34,266 bases of DNA. It comes from a virus. Its lineage: Duplodnaviria; Caudoviricetes. The translations under genes were made by a program, and so were the position numbers. Positions within the stretch are counted from its first letter, which is position 1. Each line of letters starts with the position of its first letter. A model generated the notes under the pieces. The model was not told the DNA's origin, searched no databases, and worked only from the letters and a program-made list of their open reading frames with translations. Shown here in pieces: positions 1 through 8,755 of this stretch. Where the stretch lies: the IMG/VR virus record IMGVR_UViG_3300021957_003083, positions 1 through 34,266 of that record; one strand, written 5' to 3'.

Positions 1-111
1 GATGCCCTGAGATACGGTGTGCAAACTAGACCAAGAAGTAACGTCTTTGACTTTGACCCAGCATCACAACGAACAGGCTTTCAAGCCTCTGATCCTACTT
101 TTGGATATTAA
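1..111 (+). CDS. terL: Terminase large subunit, C-terminal fragment (truncated by window start)
   Basis: Frame 1 reads DALRYGVQTRPRSNVFDFDPASQRTGFQASDPTFGY*. The DALRY motif is typical of the end of the TerL nuclease domain, and the ORF lies directly upstream of the portal gene. Confidence 0.8.
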   Translation, partial: DALRYGVQTRPRSNVFDFDPASQRTGFQASDPTFGY

Positions 112-121
112 GGAATAACCT

Positions 122-2239
122 ATGGAAGAAGATGACATCTACGAATCAGAAGAGCTTTACATTGATGAAGAGTCTTCGTCCTATGCTGAAGATTTTAAAG
201 AGGGTGAGGAAGACCTTACCGTAGGTACAATTACTGGTTTTGTTCAGGAACGGTTCTCTAAAGCTGAGAAAGCTAGGTACTCTGATGAGCAAAGATGGAT
301 CAAAGGATACCAGAACTATCGTGGTATCTACGGACCAGACGTACAGTTTACCTCTACTGAGAAGAGTAAAATCTTTGTTAAGGTAACCAAGACAAAGGTT
401 CTTGCTGCTTACGGGCAGATTGTAGACGTTCTTTTTGGGTCTCACAAATTCCCTATTTCTATTAACCCAACTACACTTCCTGATGGTGTAGCTGAGTCAG
501 TACACTTTGAGTCCAACCCTCAGGTCAAAGAAGCTGCAGGTACTGGTCCAGAACTTACCCCTGAAGACACAAAGCTTAGACCAGGTGAGACTGTCATTGA
601 TCTAAGTGAACGTCTGGGTGGTATGAAGGCTAAGCTTGCACCAGTCATGGATGACCTTAAGGATGGCCCAGGTACAACTCCATCTCAGGTTACATTTCAC
701 CCAGCTCTCGTAGCCTCTAAGAAAATGGAAAAGAAAATCCATGATCAGCTAGAAGAGTCTAACGCCAAGAAACAATTACGTACTACAGCCTTTGAGTGTG
801 CTTTGTTTGGAACTGGTGTCATGAAGGGTCCATTTGCCCTTGATAAAGAATATCCAAACTGGGATGACGAAGGCACCTACGATCCAGTCTTTAAGACCAT
901 TCCTCAGACATCCTCTGTTTCTATCTGGAACTTCTACCCTGACCCAGATGCTAACAACATGGATGAAGCTGAGTATGTCATTGAACGTCACAAGATGTCT
1001 CGTTCTCAGATGAGAGGACTAAAGAGAAGACCTTTCTTCCGTTCTAACGCCATTGATACAGCCATCGACATGGGTGAGTCCTACACCAAAGAGTGGTGGG
1101 AACAAGTCATGGAAGATGCAGATCAGGACAGCAAATCAGAAAGATTTAATGTTCTTGAGTTCTGGGGTTATGTCGATACAACCATTCTCGAAGATCATGA
1201 CATTGACATCCCAAAAGAGTTGAAGGATCAAGAACAACTCGCAGTAAACATTTGGGTTTGTAACGGTCAAGTACTACGTCTTGTGATGAACCCCTTCACA
1301 CCTGCTATTCTTCCTTACTACGCAGTTCCTTTTGAAGTGAACCCATACTCTCTTTTTGGTATTGGTATTGCTGAGAACATGGACGATACTCAAACACTCA
1401 TGAATGGCTTTATGAGGATGTCGGTTGACAATGCCGCACTATCCGGTAACCTCATCATTGAGATTGACGAAACTAACCTTGTACCAGGTCAAGATTTGTC
1501 TATCTACCCAGGAAAAGTCTTTAGAAGACAAGGGGGTGCACCAGGACAGAGCATCTTTGGAACCAAGTTCCCCAACGTGTCTAACGAGAACATGCAGATG
1601 TTTGACAAGGCTCGTGTCCTTGCTGATGAGTCTACAGGCTTCCCATCTTTTGCACACGGTCAGACAGGCGTCAGTGGTGTGGGTCGTACAGCCTCTGGTA
1701 TCTCTATGCTCATGTCTGCTGCTAACGGATCTATTCGTACAGTAGTGAAGAACATTGATGACTATCTGCTGTCACCCTTAGGTAAAGCCTTCTTTAGCTT
1801 CAATATGCAGTTTGACTTTGATCCTGAGATCAAGGGTGACCTTGAGGTTAAGGCTGAGGGTACTCAGTCCCTGATGGCTAACGAAGTACGTAGCCAGAGA
1901 CTGATGCAGTTCTTGGGTGTAGTCCAGAACCCAGCACTTGCACCCTTTGCCAAAATGGATTATATTATCCGTGAGATTGCAAGCTCTATGGATCTTGATC
2001 CTGACAAGGTAGCAAACTCTATGACAGATGCAGCAATTCAGGCTGAGATCCTCAAGAAGTTCCAAGCAGAGAACCCACCACCCCCAGCACCTCCTCAGGC
2101 AGGCCCACAGGGCGCTCCAGCAGGGGTTCAGGTTCAGGACACCCAAGGGTCCGGTGGAGGACAAATGGGCACAGGAACGGCTCCTACGCCTGGTGAGCCT
2201 GGTTTCTCAGCTAATACAGGACAAGGCCCAGCGCAGTAA
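122..2239 (+). CDS. Portal protein (head-tail connector)
   Basis: 705 aa ORF after TerL with AAGGA SD. Podovirus portal-like segments (FGTGVMKGP, WNFYPDPDA, YVIERHKMSR, FGIGIAENMDD) and a P/G/Q-rich C-terminal tail. Confidence 0.88.
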   Translation: MEEDDIYESEELYIDEESSSYAEDFKEGEEDLTVGTITGFVQERFSKAEKARYSDEQRWIKGYQNYRGIYGPDVQFTSTEKSKIFVKVTKTKVLAAYGQIVDVLFGSHKFPISINPTTLPDGVAESVHFESNPQVKEAAGTGPELTPEDTKLRPGETVIDLSERLGGMKAKLAPVMDDLKDGPGTTPSQVTFHPALVASKKMEKKIHDQLEESNAKKQLRTTAFECALFGTGVMKGPFALDKEYPNWDDEGTYDPVFKTIPQTSSVSIWNFYPDPDANNMDEAEYVIERHKMSRSQMRGLKRRPFFRSNAIDTAIDMGESYTKEWWEQVMEDADQDSKSERFNVLEFWGYVDTTILEDHDIDIPKELKDQEQLAVNIWVCNGQVLRLVMNPFTPAILPYYAVPFEVNPYSLFGIGIAENMDDTQTLMNGFMRMSVDNAALSGNLIIEIDETNLVPGQDLSIYPGKVFRRQGGAPGQSIFGTKFPNVSNENMQMFDKARVLADESTGFPSFAHGQTGVSGVGRTASGISMLMSAANGSIRTVVKNIDDYLLSPLGKAFFSFNMQFDFDPEIKGDLEVKAEGTQSLMANEVRSQRLMQFLGVVQNPALAPFAKMDYIIREIASSMDLDPDKVANSMTDAAIQAEILKKFQAENPPPPAPPQAGPQGAPAGVQVQDTQGSGGGQMGTGTAPTPGEPGFSANTGQGPAQ

Positions 2240-2430
2240 TGGATAATCTAAAACCTTTAGTGAACAATAAAGATCTCTGGGAGTCATTTCTTGCAGAGAT
2301 TAATTCCAGACTACACGAAGTTCACCGACAGATGGAACAAGCCCAATCTGCAGATGATCTGTATAGGTTACAAGGTCAGGCAGCTTGCTTAAATAACTTT
2401 AAGTATCTCAGGGAAAAAGTAAATGGCTGA
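2239..2430 (+). CDS. Small hypothetical head-module protein
   Basis: 63 aa helical ORF coupled to the portal stop (TAATG) and overlapping the next start. LYRLQG-type small ORFs often follow podovirus portals. Confidence 0.7.
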   Translation: MDNLKPLVNNKDLWESFLAEINSRLHEVHRQMEQAQSADDLYRLQGQAACLNNFKYLREKVNG

Positions 2431-4105
2431 AGTAGGAACTAAGACAGGCTCAAAGACACAAGTAGGCAGAGATGTGTACGAAACGTCTGAAGGTGAAATG
2501 GTCTCTGAAAAATCTACTACTTTTAAGTATAAGGGCCAGTGGATTAACATACCTACAATCCATAAGGGTTACTCTTACGATGATGATACCCTTAGAATGA
2601 TGTTAGATGCTGAGGTTATCAAACCCACAAGTGTTCACAAAAATAAAAAAGATGCCCTACAGGCTGCAAGAGAAAGAAGTGACTCTTTAAAATTTAATCA
2701 AGGCGGGAAAGTAATGAACAATCAGACGGAAATGGCCTTCATGAAGCAAGGTGGCATCAAAGACGATGGCATGAAGAAAGATCCTGTTTCTGGTAATGAA
2801 ATCCCGCCTGGTTCTATGGCTAAGGAAGTCAGAGATGATATCCCTGCTATGCTGTCTGAAGGTGAGTACGTAGTACCTGCTGATGTTCTTCGTTTCTATG
2901 GAGTGAACTTCTTTGAGGATCTTCGTAACAAAGCAAAGTCAGGCTTGCAGGGTATGGAGCAGAATGGTAGAATTGGTGGGGAACCGTTATCCCCTCAACA
3001 AGTACAACAGAACATGGGTCAAACACCTGCACCAGTACAGGCCAATCAAGGCGGTATGATGCAAGGGTTTAATCAGGCTGGTCTAACTGCCCCATCTTCT
3101 ACTTTTGATCCTTCAGCCTTTGCTGTAGTAGGTGGTTCTACCTTTAATAACCAAGGGCAACAAGCAAAACAAGAGAGCGTAACAACCTTTAAAACATTTG
3201 TTAACTCTGCAGATGGCAGTACACAGATTGTAGAGTTTGTTGACGGTAAGCTTAAGAACCCAGCAATGGAGAAGTTTACTCAACCTCCTTATTATGAACA
3301 AGGCTCTTCTGCCCTTAAACAAGCTCAGTCTCAAGCTCAAGCAAGCAACAAAGATGATAAGCCAGACTTCCCTGATCCAGTTAAGGGTGAAGATTCTAAA
3401 GACTGGGGTCTGGATGTAGACTGGTCCGATCCAATGGCCTACGCAAATAGTGTTATTGAAGGTCAAATGGGCAGAGGTAAAAGAAGTGTACTTCAAGGTC
3501 TCTCAGCCCTTGCTGGTCCCGTTGGTATTGCAGCAGTAGGAATAGGTCTAGGTGCTCAGGCCTTAGGTCAAGTATCTAACCTAAGAGCTGCAGCAGAGAT
3601 TGCACGTGCTCAGGGTATGGATGAAGAGGCTAAGTCTATTGATGGTATGATTTCAAAATTTATGGCTGAGCAACCAGCTATTGTAGATTTCCTTGATGAC
3701 ATTAGAGGTGAGAGTAATAAGAATTCTCAAACTGTTATGGATAGAATGGGATTTAAATACAACAGAGATCCTAAGACAGGTAGAATTACTTATACACCTG
3801 AAATGATTAAAAATAACCTTAGGGCTACAGAAGTCAGAAATCAAACTGCTCAACAAAAAGCTGCTGATGAAGAGATTGTAATGTCTCAGTCAGTGGGTAG
3901 CAATAATGATGATGATCCATTCAAAGACCTAAAGTCTTTTACTGGAAGTAAGGCTCAAGGTGAGTCTGACATGGAAAAGATAATTGATAAGCAAGTGTCA
4001 GACTACAAGGCCAGTGGTAAAGAGTTTGACGCAAGTGATCCTTCCACTTGGGCAGCAAGTAACAAAGGTGGCCTAATGGCCCCAAAGAAAAATAAGAAAA
4101 AGTAA
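2423..4105 (+). CDS. Putative virion structural or internal protein
   Basis: 560 aa ORF between portal and scaffold. Contains DDIPAMLSEGEYVVPADV and repeated xNQGG/NKGG motifs. Confidence 0.6.
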   Translation: MAEVGTKTGSKTQVGRDVYETSEGEMVSEKSTTFKYKGQWINIPTIHKGYSYDDDTLRMMLDAEVIKPTSVHKNKKDALQAARERSDSLKFNQGGKVMNNQTEMAFMKQGGIKDDGMKKDPVSGNEIPPGSMAKEVRDDIPAMLSEGEYVVPADVLRFYGVNFFEDLRNKAKSGLQGMEQNGRIGGEPLSPQQVQQNMGQTPAPVQANQGGMMQGFNQAGLTAPSSTFDPSAFAVVGGSTFNNQGQQAKQESVTTFKTFVNSADGSTQIVEFVDGKLKNPAMEKFTQPPYYEQGSSALKQAQSQAQASNKDDKPDFPDPVKGEDSKDWGLDVDWSDPMAYANSVIEGQMGRGKRSVLQGLSALAGPVGIAAVGIGLGAQALGQVSNLRAAAEIARAQGMDEEAKSIDGMISKFMAEQPAIVDFLDDIRGESNKNSQTVMDRMGFKYNRDPKTGRITYTPEMIKNNLRATEVRNQTAQQKAADEEIVMSQSVGSNNDDDPFKDLKSFTGSKAQGESDMEKIIDKQVSDYKASGKEFDASDPSTWAASNKGGLMAPKKNKKK

Positions 4106-4123
4106 CTACCCATAAAATAATAA

Positions 4124-4149
4124 GGCTACCCAGCAATACTGCTGGCCCC
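4124..4149 (+). promoter_or_regulatory. Leader RNA hairpin with CTAC/CC internal loop upstream of the scaffold gene
   Basis: GG-CTAC-CCAGCA-ATAC-TGCTGG-CC-CC, just 5' of the TAAGGA SD of the ORF starting at 4167. Confidence 0.6.
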
Positions 4150-4166
4150 AACATAAGGAAAAGACT

Positions 4167-5111
4167 ATGGCTAACATGACAACAATGGAATCCCCTAAAA
4201 CAGCTGGCTTTGTACAGAGGGGTTCCAACTACTCCCGTAAACAAAAGAGACTAGAACAAGAAGAAGCAGAGATTGCTCGTCTTGAGGCAGAGGCCCGTGG
4301 TGAAGAAGTTACTGAAAGTGAATCCGGTGGCGAAAGCACTGAGGACACCTCGGTACAGGCCTCTGACGATACCCAACAAGAAGAAACCCAAGAGGCATCA
4401 GAAGCACAAGAAGATGACTCTAACCTGAGTGCTGAGGAGAAATCCTTTAAGAAGCGTTATGGTGACTTGCGCAGGCACATGCAGGAGAAAGAGAAAGAGT
4501 TCAACGATAAGTTAGAAGCTCTTTCCGGTACAGCAAAACGTGCTAGTATTGTTCCTCCTAAGTCTGATGAAGACATTGAGGCTTGGGCTAAAGAATACCC
4601 AGACGTAGCAGGTATTGTAGAAACAATCGCAGCTAAGAAAGCTAAAGAACTATTTAGTAAAGCTGAGTCACGTTTAACAGAATTAGATGATGCTCATAAT
4701 GAAGCTCTACGGATAAAAGCTGAGAACCAGATCCGTAAGACACATGATGACTTCGATGAATTAAGATCCTCAGAGAGCTTCCACGATTGGGCTGACGAAC
4801 AGCCTAAGTGGGTTAAAGATGCTCTGTATGAGAACATGGATGACCCTGCGTCTGTAATTCGTGTTATTGATCTTTACAAAGTTGATAATGGTATGACACC
4901 AGCAGCCAAGAGACAATCTAAGAAGGCTGCTGCTTCTACTGTTACCAAAGGAACTCGAACCTCTATTGATGCAAAAGGGTTGCAAGGACAGATTAAAGAG
5001 TCTGATGTAGCCAAGATGTCAACAAAAGAGTTTGAGGATCGTCAGGACGAAATTACTGAAGCAATGAGAAAAGGTAAATTCGTCTACGATATGTCTGGCG
5101 GTGCCAGATAA
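4167..5111 (+). CDS. Capsid scaffolding protein
   Basis: 314 aa, acidic and coiled-coil-like (EEKSFKKRYGDLRRHMQ), immediately upstream of the major capsid gene. Confidence 0.8.
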   Translation: MANMTTMESPKTAGFVQRGSNYSRKQKRLEQEEAEIARLEAEARGEEVTESESGGESTEDTSVQASDDTQQEETQEASEAQEDDSNLSAEEKSFKKRYGDLRRHMQEKEKEFNDKLEALSGTAKRASIVPPKSDEDIEAWAKEYPDVAGIVETIAAKKAKELFSKAESRLTELDDAHNEALRIKAENQIRKTHDDFDELRSSESFHDWADEQPKWVKDALYENMDDPASVIRVIDLYKVDNGMTPAAKRQSKKAAASTVTKGTRTSIDAKGLQGQIKESDVAKMSTKEFEDRQDEITEAMRKGKFVYDMSGGAR

Positions 5112-5115
5112 ATAG

Positions 5116-5144
5116 TTGACACTGGCCGTGTCTTAACTATAACT
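5116..5144 (+). promoter_or_regulatory. Sigma70-like promoter for the major capsid gene
   Basis: TTGACA (5116-5121), 16 nt spacer, TATAACT (5138-5144), in the intergenic gap. Confidence 0.65.
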
Positions 5145-5148
5145 ACTC

Positions 5149-5334
5149 GTATCTTGTATAGAGCCTCCCTCGTGGACTACCTCTATTGATACTTTTCCCT
5201 TTAAAAAGTCTAAACTATAAAGAACCACCTGTTCAAGTATAGGCCCAGTAGATATTCGGTTGGCCAACTGAGTATCTTCTGCACCCTAGAAAAGTAACAG
5301 CCTCTTTAAGGTGTTTAGCTTTTATTCAAAAAGC
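5149..5334 (+). ncRNA. Structured ~190 nt 5' leader of the capsid gene (putative cis-regulatory RNA)
   Basis: Hairpin 5149-5192. Long nested stem 5210-5318 (CTAAAC/GTTTAG, TAAAGA/TCTTTA, CTGTT/AACAG, TAGG/CCTA, CAG/CTG, 12 bp apical stem with G-U pairs). Small hairpin 5318-5334. Confidence 0.6.
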
Positions 5335-5355
5335 CAACATCATGGAGGATTTCAC

Positions 5356-6429
5356 ATGGCTTTCGCATCCGCAGGAGGGTACACCAACCTTCCCAATGGC
5401 AACTTTTCAAGTGTCATTTATTCTAAGAAAACTCAGCTGGCGTTCAGAAAGAGCACAGTTGTAGGTGATATCACCAATAGTGATTATTTTGGTGAGATTG
5501 CAAACCAAGGCGATACCGTCAAAATTATTAAAGAGCCAGAGGTGAGCGTATCTGCTTATGCACGTGGTACAACCATTGCTGCACAAGATCTTACAGATGC
5601 TGACTTCTCTTTAGTCGTTGATAAAGCTAACTATTTTGCTTTCAAGATGGACGATATCGAGGAGGCCCATTCACATGTGAATTTTATTGATCTTGCTACC
5701 AACCGTGCGGCTTTCCGCTTGGCTGACCAGCATGACCAAGAAGTTCTGGGTTACTTGTCAGGCTACAAACAGTCTGCTCTGCATGGTAACGCAGACACAG
5801 TGAATGACACTGTAAACGGCACTAAAGCAGACACAACTGCTGGTACTGACGAACTCTTGGCTGTTAATAAACTGTCACGCCCAGACTTCGGCAATATCAC
5901 AACTGCTGGTGTAGCTGGTGACTCTATTCCAGTTGCTGCTCGTTTGCCTGGTGCAACAGCACTTCCAACAGCATACGTATCTCCAACTATGTTGATTGCA
6001 CGTATGGGTCGTTTGCTTGACCAAAAGTCTGTTGACAAAGATGGCAGATGGGTCGTAATTGACCCGATCATGATGGAAATCTTGATGGACGAAGATTCAC
6101 GTTTCTTGAATTCTGACTTCGGTGATTCAGGTGCCCTTCGTAACGGCCTGGTTATCAACAACTGGAATGGCTTCCGTGTCTATGTATCTAACAACTTGCC
6201 TTCTATTGGCACTGGTGCAGATACAACAGGCACAGCAGCACAGTCCACTAACTTTGGTGCTATCGTAGCTGGTCATGACTCTGCAGTTGCTACTGCTGAG
6301 CAGATCAACAAAACAGAAACATACCGTGACCCAGACAGCTTTGCTGACATTGTTCGTGGTATGCATCTCTATGGTAGAAAAATACTGAGGCCAGAAGCCT
6401 TGGTAACAGCTAGATATAACCTAGCCTAA
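5356..6429 (+). CDS. Major capsid protein
   Basis: Start moved to ATG 5356 (GGAGGA SD at 5344-5349), giving 357 aa. Motifs GDTVKIIKEP, SFADIVRGMHLYGRKILRPEAL are typical of podovirus HK97-fold capsids. Follows the scaffold gene. Confidence 0.92.
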   Translation: MAFASAGGYTNLPNGNFSSVIYSKKTQLAFRKSTVVGDITNSDYFGEIANQGDTVKIIKEPEVSVSAYARGTTIAAQDLTDADFSLVVDKANYFAFKMDDIEEAHSHVNFIDLATNRAAFRLADQHDQEVLGYLSGYKQSALHGNADTVNDTVNGTKADTTAGTDELLAVNKLSRPDFGNITTAGVAGDSIPVAARLPGATALPTAYVSPTMLIARMGRLLDQKSVDKDGRWVVIDPIMMEILMDEDSRFLNSDFGDSGALRNGLVINNWNGFRVYVSNNLPSIGTGADTTGTAAQSTNFGAIVAGHDSAVATAEQINKTETYRDPDSFADIVRGMHLYGRKILRPEALVTARYNLA

Positions 6430-6445
6430 ACCTACCTAACCTGTT

Positions 6446-6476
6446 GGGCTGGTCTCGTCAAGGGGCTGGCCCTTCA
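6446..6476 (+). terminator. Stem-loop after capsid gene (weak terminator or mRNA 3' stabiliser)
   Basis: GGGCTGGTCTC-GTCAA-GGGGCTGGCCC forms an 11 bp stem with four G-U pairs on the + strand RNA, followed by only TT. Confidence 0.55.
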
Positions 6477-6501
6477 GCCTACCTAATAGCAGGATACAAA
6501 G

Positions 6502-7212
6502 ATGACAACATACATCTCTCTTACGAATGAACTGCTAAGACGCTTGAATGAGGTTACTCTTGATTCAAGTGGTGATGGCTTTGATACTGTTCGTAACGTA
6601 CAAGCTCTTGCTAAAGATGCTATCAACAATAGCATTCGTTCTATTTTACAAGATGGTCAAGAGTGGCCTTTCTTAAAGACAACTTACGTGCAGACCCTTG
6701 ATGTAGGCACCCGCCAGTACGCTTTCCCCTCTGATATGAGTACTGTTGACTGGGAAACCTTTTATCTCAAGAAGTCAGCATCTGCAGAAAATCAACCAAG
6801 AAAACTTTCTCCTCTTTCTTTTGAGCAATACACAGCTGGTTTCAGGCCAACAGACGATAACGTTGACCCCCTTGTAGGGAGTGCTCCACCAGAGTTTGTA
6901 TATCAAACATACGGAAGCAATTTTGGTGTTACTCCTATTCCTAATAAACAATACGAAGTAGAGTACGTATACTGGGCTTACCCAGCTGACCTAAACCTTT
7001 TTGATGATGTCTCTATTATACCTGCTAGATTTAAGCACGTTATTATTGACGGTGCTATGATGTACATGATGCGTTTCAGAAGTAATGAGCAGAGTGCATC
7101 CATCCACCAAAGCAGTTTTCAAGATGGCATTAAGGCTATGCGTAGGATTCTGATTGATGATAAGCTGACACTTGTGTCTACTGTTATTGATAGGTCTTCA
7201 AGGAATGGCTGA
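6502..7212 (+). CDS. Tail tubular protein A / head-tail adaptor
   Basis: 236 aa right after the capsid gene. N-terminal YISLTNELLRRLNEV, WPFL and IPARFKHVIIDGA motifs are typical of podovirus adaptors. Confidence 0.75.
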   Translation: MTTYISLTNELLRRLNEVTLDSSGDGFDTVRNVQALAKDAINNSIRSILQDGQEWPFLKTTYVQTLDVGTRQYAFPSDMSTVDWETFYLKKSASAENQPRKLSPLSFEQYTAGFRPTDDNVDPLVGSAPPEFVYQTYGSNFGVTPIPNKQYEVEYVYWAYPADLNLFDDVSIIPARFKHVIIDGAMMYMMRFRSNEQSASIHQSSFQDGIKAMRRILIDDKLTLVSTVIDRSSRNG

Positions 7213-8755
7213 TAACTTAGCATCATTTAAAGTATTTTCACAAGGTGGTTTAAATCTTAACAGGGATGTTTTATCTCAAGGTGAGTTACAACCTGGTTCT
7301 GCTATTTCCCTGCTTAACTACGAACCTGCTACGACAGGTGGTTACAGACGTGTGAGTGGTTATACTAACGACTACGGTGTAGTTCCAGGTGACAGCTCTG
7401 GCAGTGTTCTTGGTGTGGCTGTAGCTTCGGGCATTAACGATGGTATTCTTGCTGCACGTAAACCTTCTACAGGAAGTAACTACCTTCATCACTGGGACAC
7501 CGCAACGAGTGCCTGGGTGGCCGTAACAACTTCTGGTTCACCTACAATGACAGGTGTAACAAAAGTAAGATTTACTAGGTTCAACTGGGGGACAGCAAAA
7601 GTTATTTTAACAGATGGTGTAAACCCTGCAGCTACGTATGATGGCACAACTTACACCCAGATCACACACACTAATGCTCCCACAGATCCTAAGTTTGCTG
7701 CAGTATTTAAGAACCACATGTGGCTTGCAGGTGATCCTGCTGAACCCCACAACTTGTACTTCAGTGCTCCTACAGACGAAGCCAAGTGGTCACCTGCAGA
7801 TGGTGCTGGTGTAATCAACATAGGCTTTCCTGTTGTATCAATTAAACCGTTTCGTGACTCTTTGTTTGTATTTGGGGTCAACAATATTAAAAAAATTGTA
7901 GGCAACAATATTTCAGACTGGTCTGTTCAGCACGTAACAGATGACCTTGGGTGTCTAGCATCAGATAGTGTTGTTGAGATTGGTGGTGACCTGATCTTCT
8001 TATCACAAGATGGTATTAGACCTATCTCAGGTACAGATAAAATTGGTGATGTTAACTTGGAAACATTAACCAAGAACATTCAATCTTTTATTTCTGATGT
8101 CATCTTAACCAATGACCTTGATGCTGTATCCTCTGTTATCATTAGGGGTAAATCTCAGTTTAGATTGTTTTACAATGTAGAGAGTGGAAACGGTTTACTT
8201 GGAGGGTTACGTCAAAACCAACAAGGTGGCATTAACTTTGAGTTTAGTCAAATGCTCGGTATTGAAGTTACTTGTGCTGATAGTGGGTATATCGACAAAG
8301 AAGAGTACGTCATACATGGCGACTCCAGTGGCAAAGTACACAGACAAGAATCAGGTAATAGCTTTGGTGGGGGTAACATCGTAAGCCTTTACCAAACGCC
8401 ATTCTTGCACATGCAAGACCCAGAGCAACGTAAGATTATTCATACCGTTGCTACTTATTTACGGTCAGAGGGTGACAATCAAATCGTAATGTCAGTAGTC
8501 TATGATTATGATGACAATACTATTCTTAATCCATCTAACTTTACACTGACCACAGAAGGTGCTGCCGCTTACTATAACGAAGCTGTCTTTAATGACTCTT
8601 CTACTATTTGGAGTGGTAACCCATCCCCTGTCCAAAGGGTTAATGTCTCAGGATCAGGTAAATCAGTATCTTTTAGATATGTTACAAATGACACAAATGC
8701 GTCACACAGTGTCCAAGGGCTTGTAGTGACATTCGGAGTAGGGGATAGACTATAA
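7205..8755 (+). CDS. Tail tubular protein B / nozzle
   Basis: Likely start ATG 7205 (MADNLASFK), overlapping the adaptor stop. Beta-rich ~516 aa protein with GGLNL, LYFSAP, LGCLASDSV, DLIFLSQDG motifs. Confidence 0.75.
   Translation: MADNLASFKVFSQGGLNLNRDVLSQGELQPGSAISLLNYEPATTGGYRRVSGYTNDYGVVPGDSSGSVLGVAVASGINDGILAARKPSTGSNYLHHWDTATSAWVAVTTSGSPTMTGVTKVRFTRFNWGTAKVILTDGVNPAATYDGTTYTQITHTNAPTDPKFAAVFKNHMWLAGDPAEPHNLYFSAPTDEAKWSPADGAGVINIGFPVVSIKPFRDSLFVFGVNNIKKIVGNNISDWSVQHVTDDLGCLASDSVVEIGGDLIFLSQDGIRPISGTDKIGDVNLETLTKNIQSFISDVILTNDLDAVSSVIIRGKSQFRLFYNVESGNGLLGGLRQNQQGGINFEFSQMLGIEVTCADSGYIDKEEYVIHGDSSGKVHRQESGNSFGGGNIVSLYQTPFLHMQDPEQRKIIHTVATYLRSEGDNQIVMSVVYDYDDNTILNPSNFTLTTEGAAAYYNEAVFNDSSTIWSGNPSPVQRVNVSGSGKSVSFRYVTNDTNASHSVQGLVVTFGVGDRL

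Noticed and set aside
146-2246. Short alternate-frame and antisense ORFs within the portal (and similar ones in capsid, RNR, PhoH and carbamoyltransferase genes)
   Set aside because: They are fully nested in well-supported genes and have no recognisable motifs or ribosome-binding sites.
5311-5355. N-terminal extension of the capsid ORF
   Set aside because: It lies inside the structured leader, and the SD points to ATG 5356.
7172-7204. N-terminal extension of the nozzle ORF (MCLLLLIGLQG)
   Set aside because: It looks like a signal peptide but is an alternate-frame reading of the adaptor gene end. ATG 7205 is more plausible.
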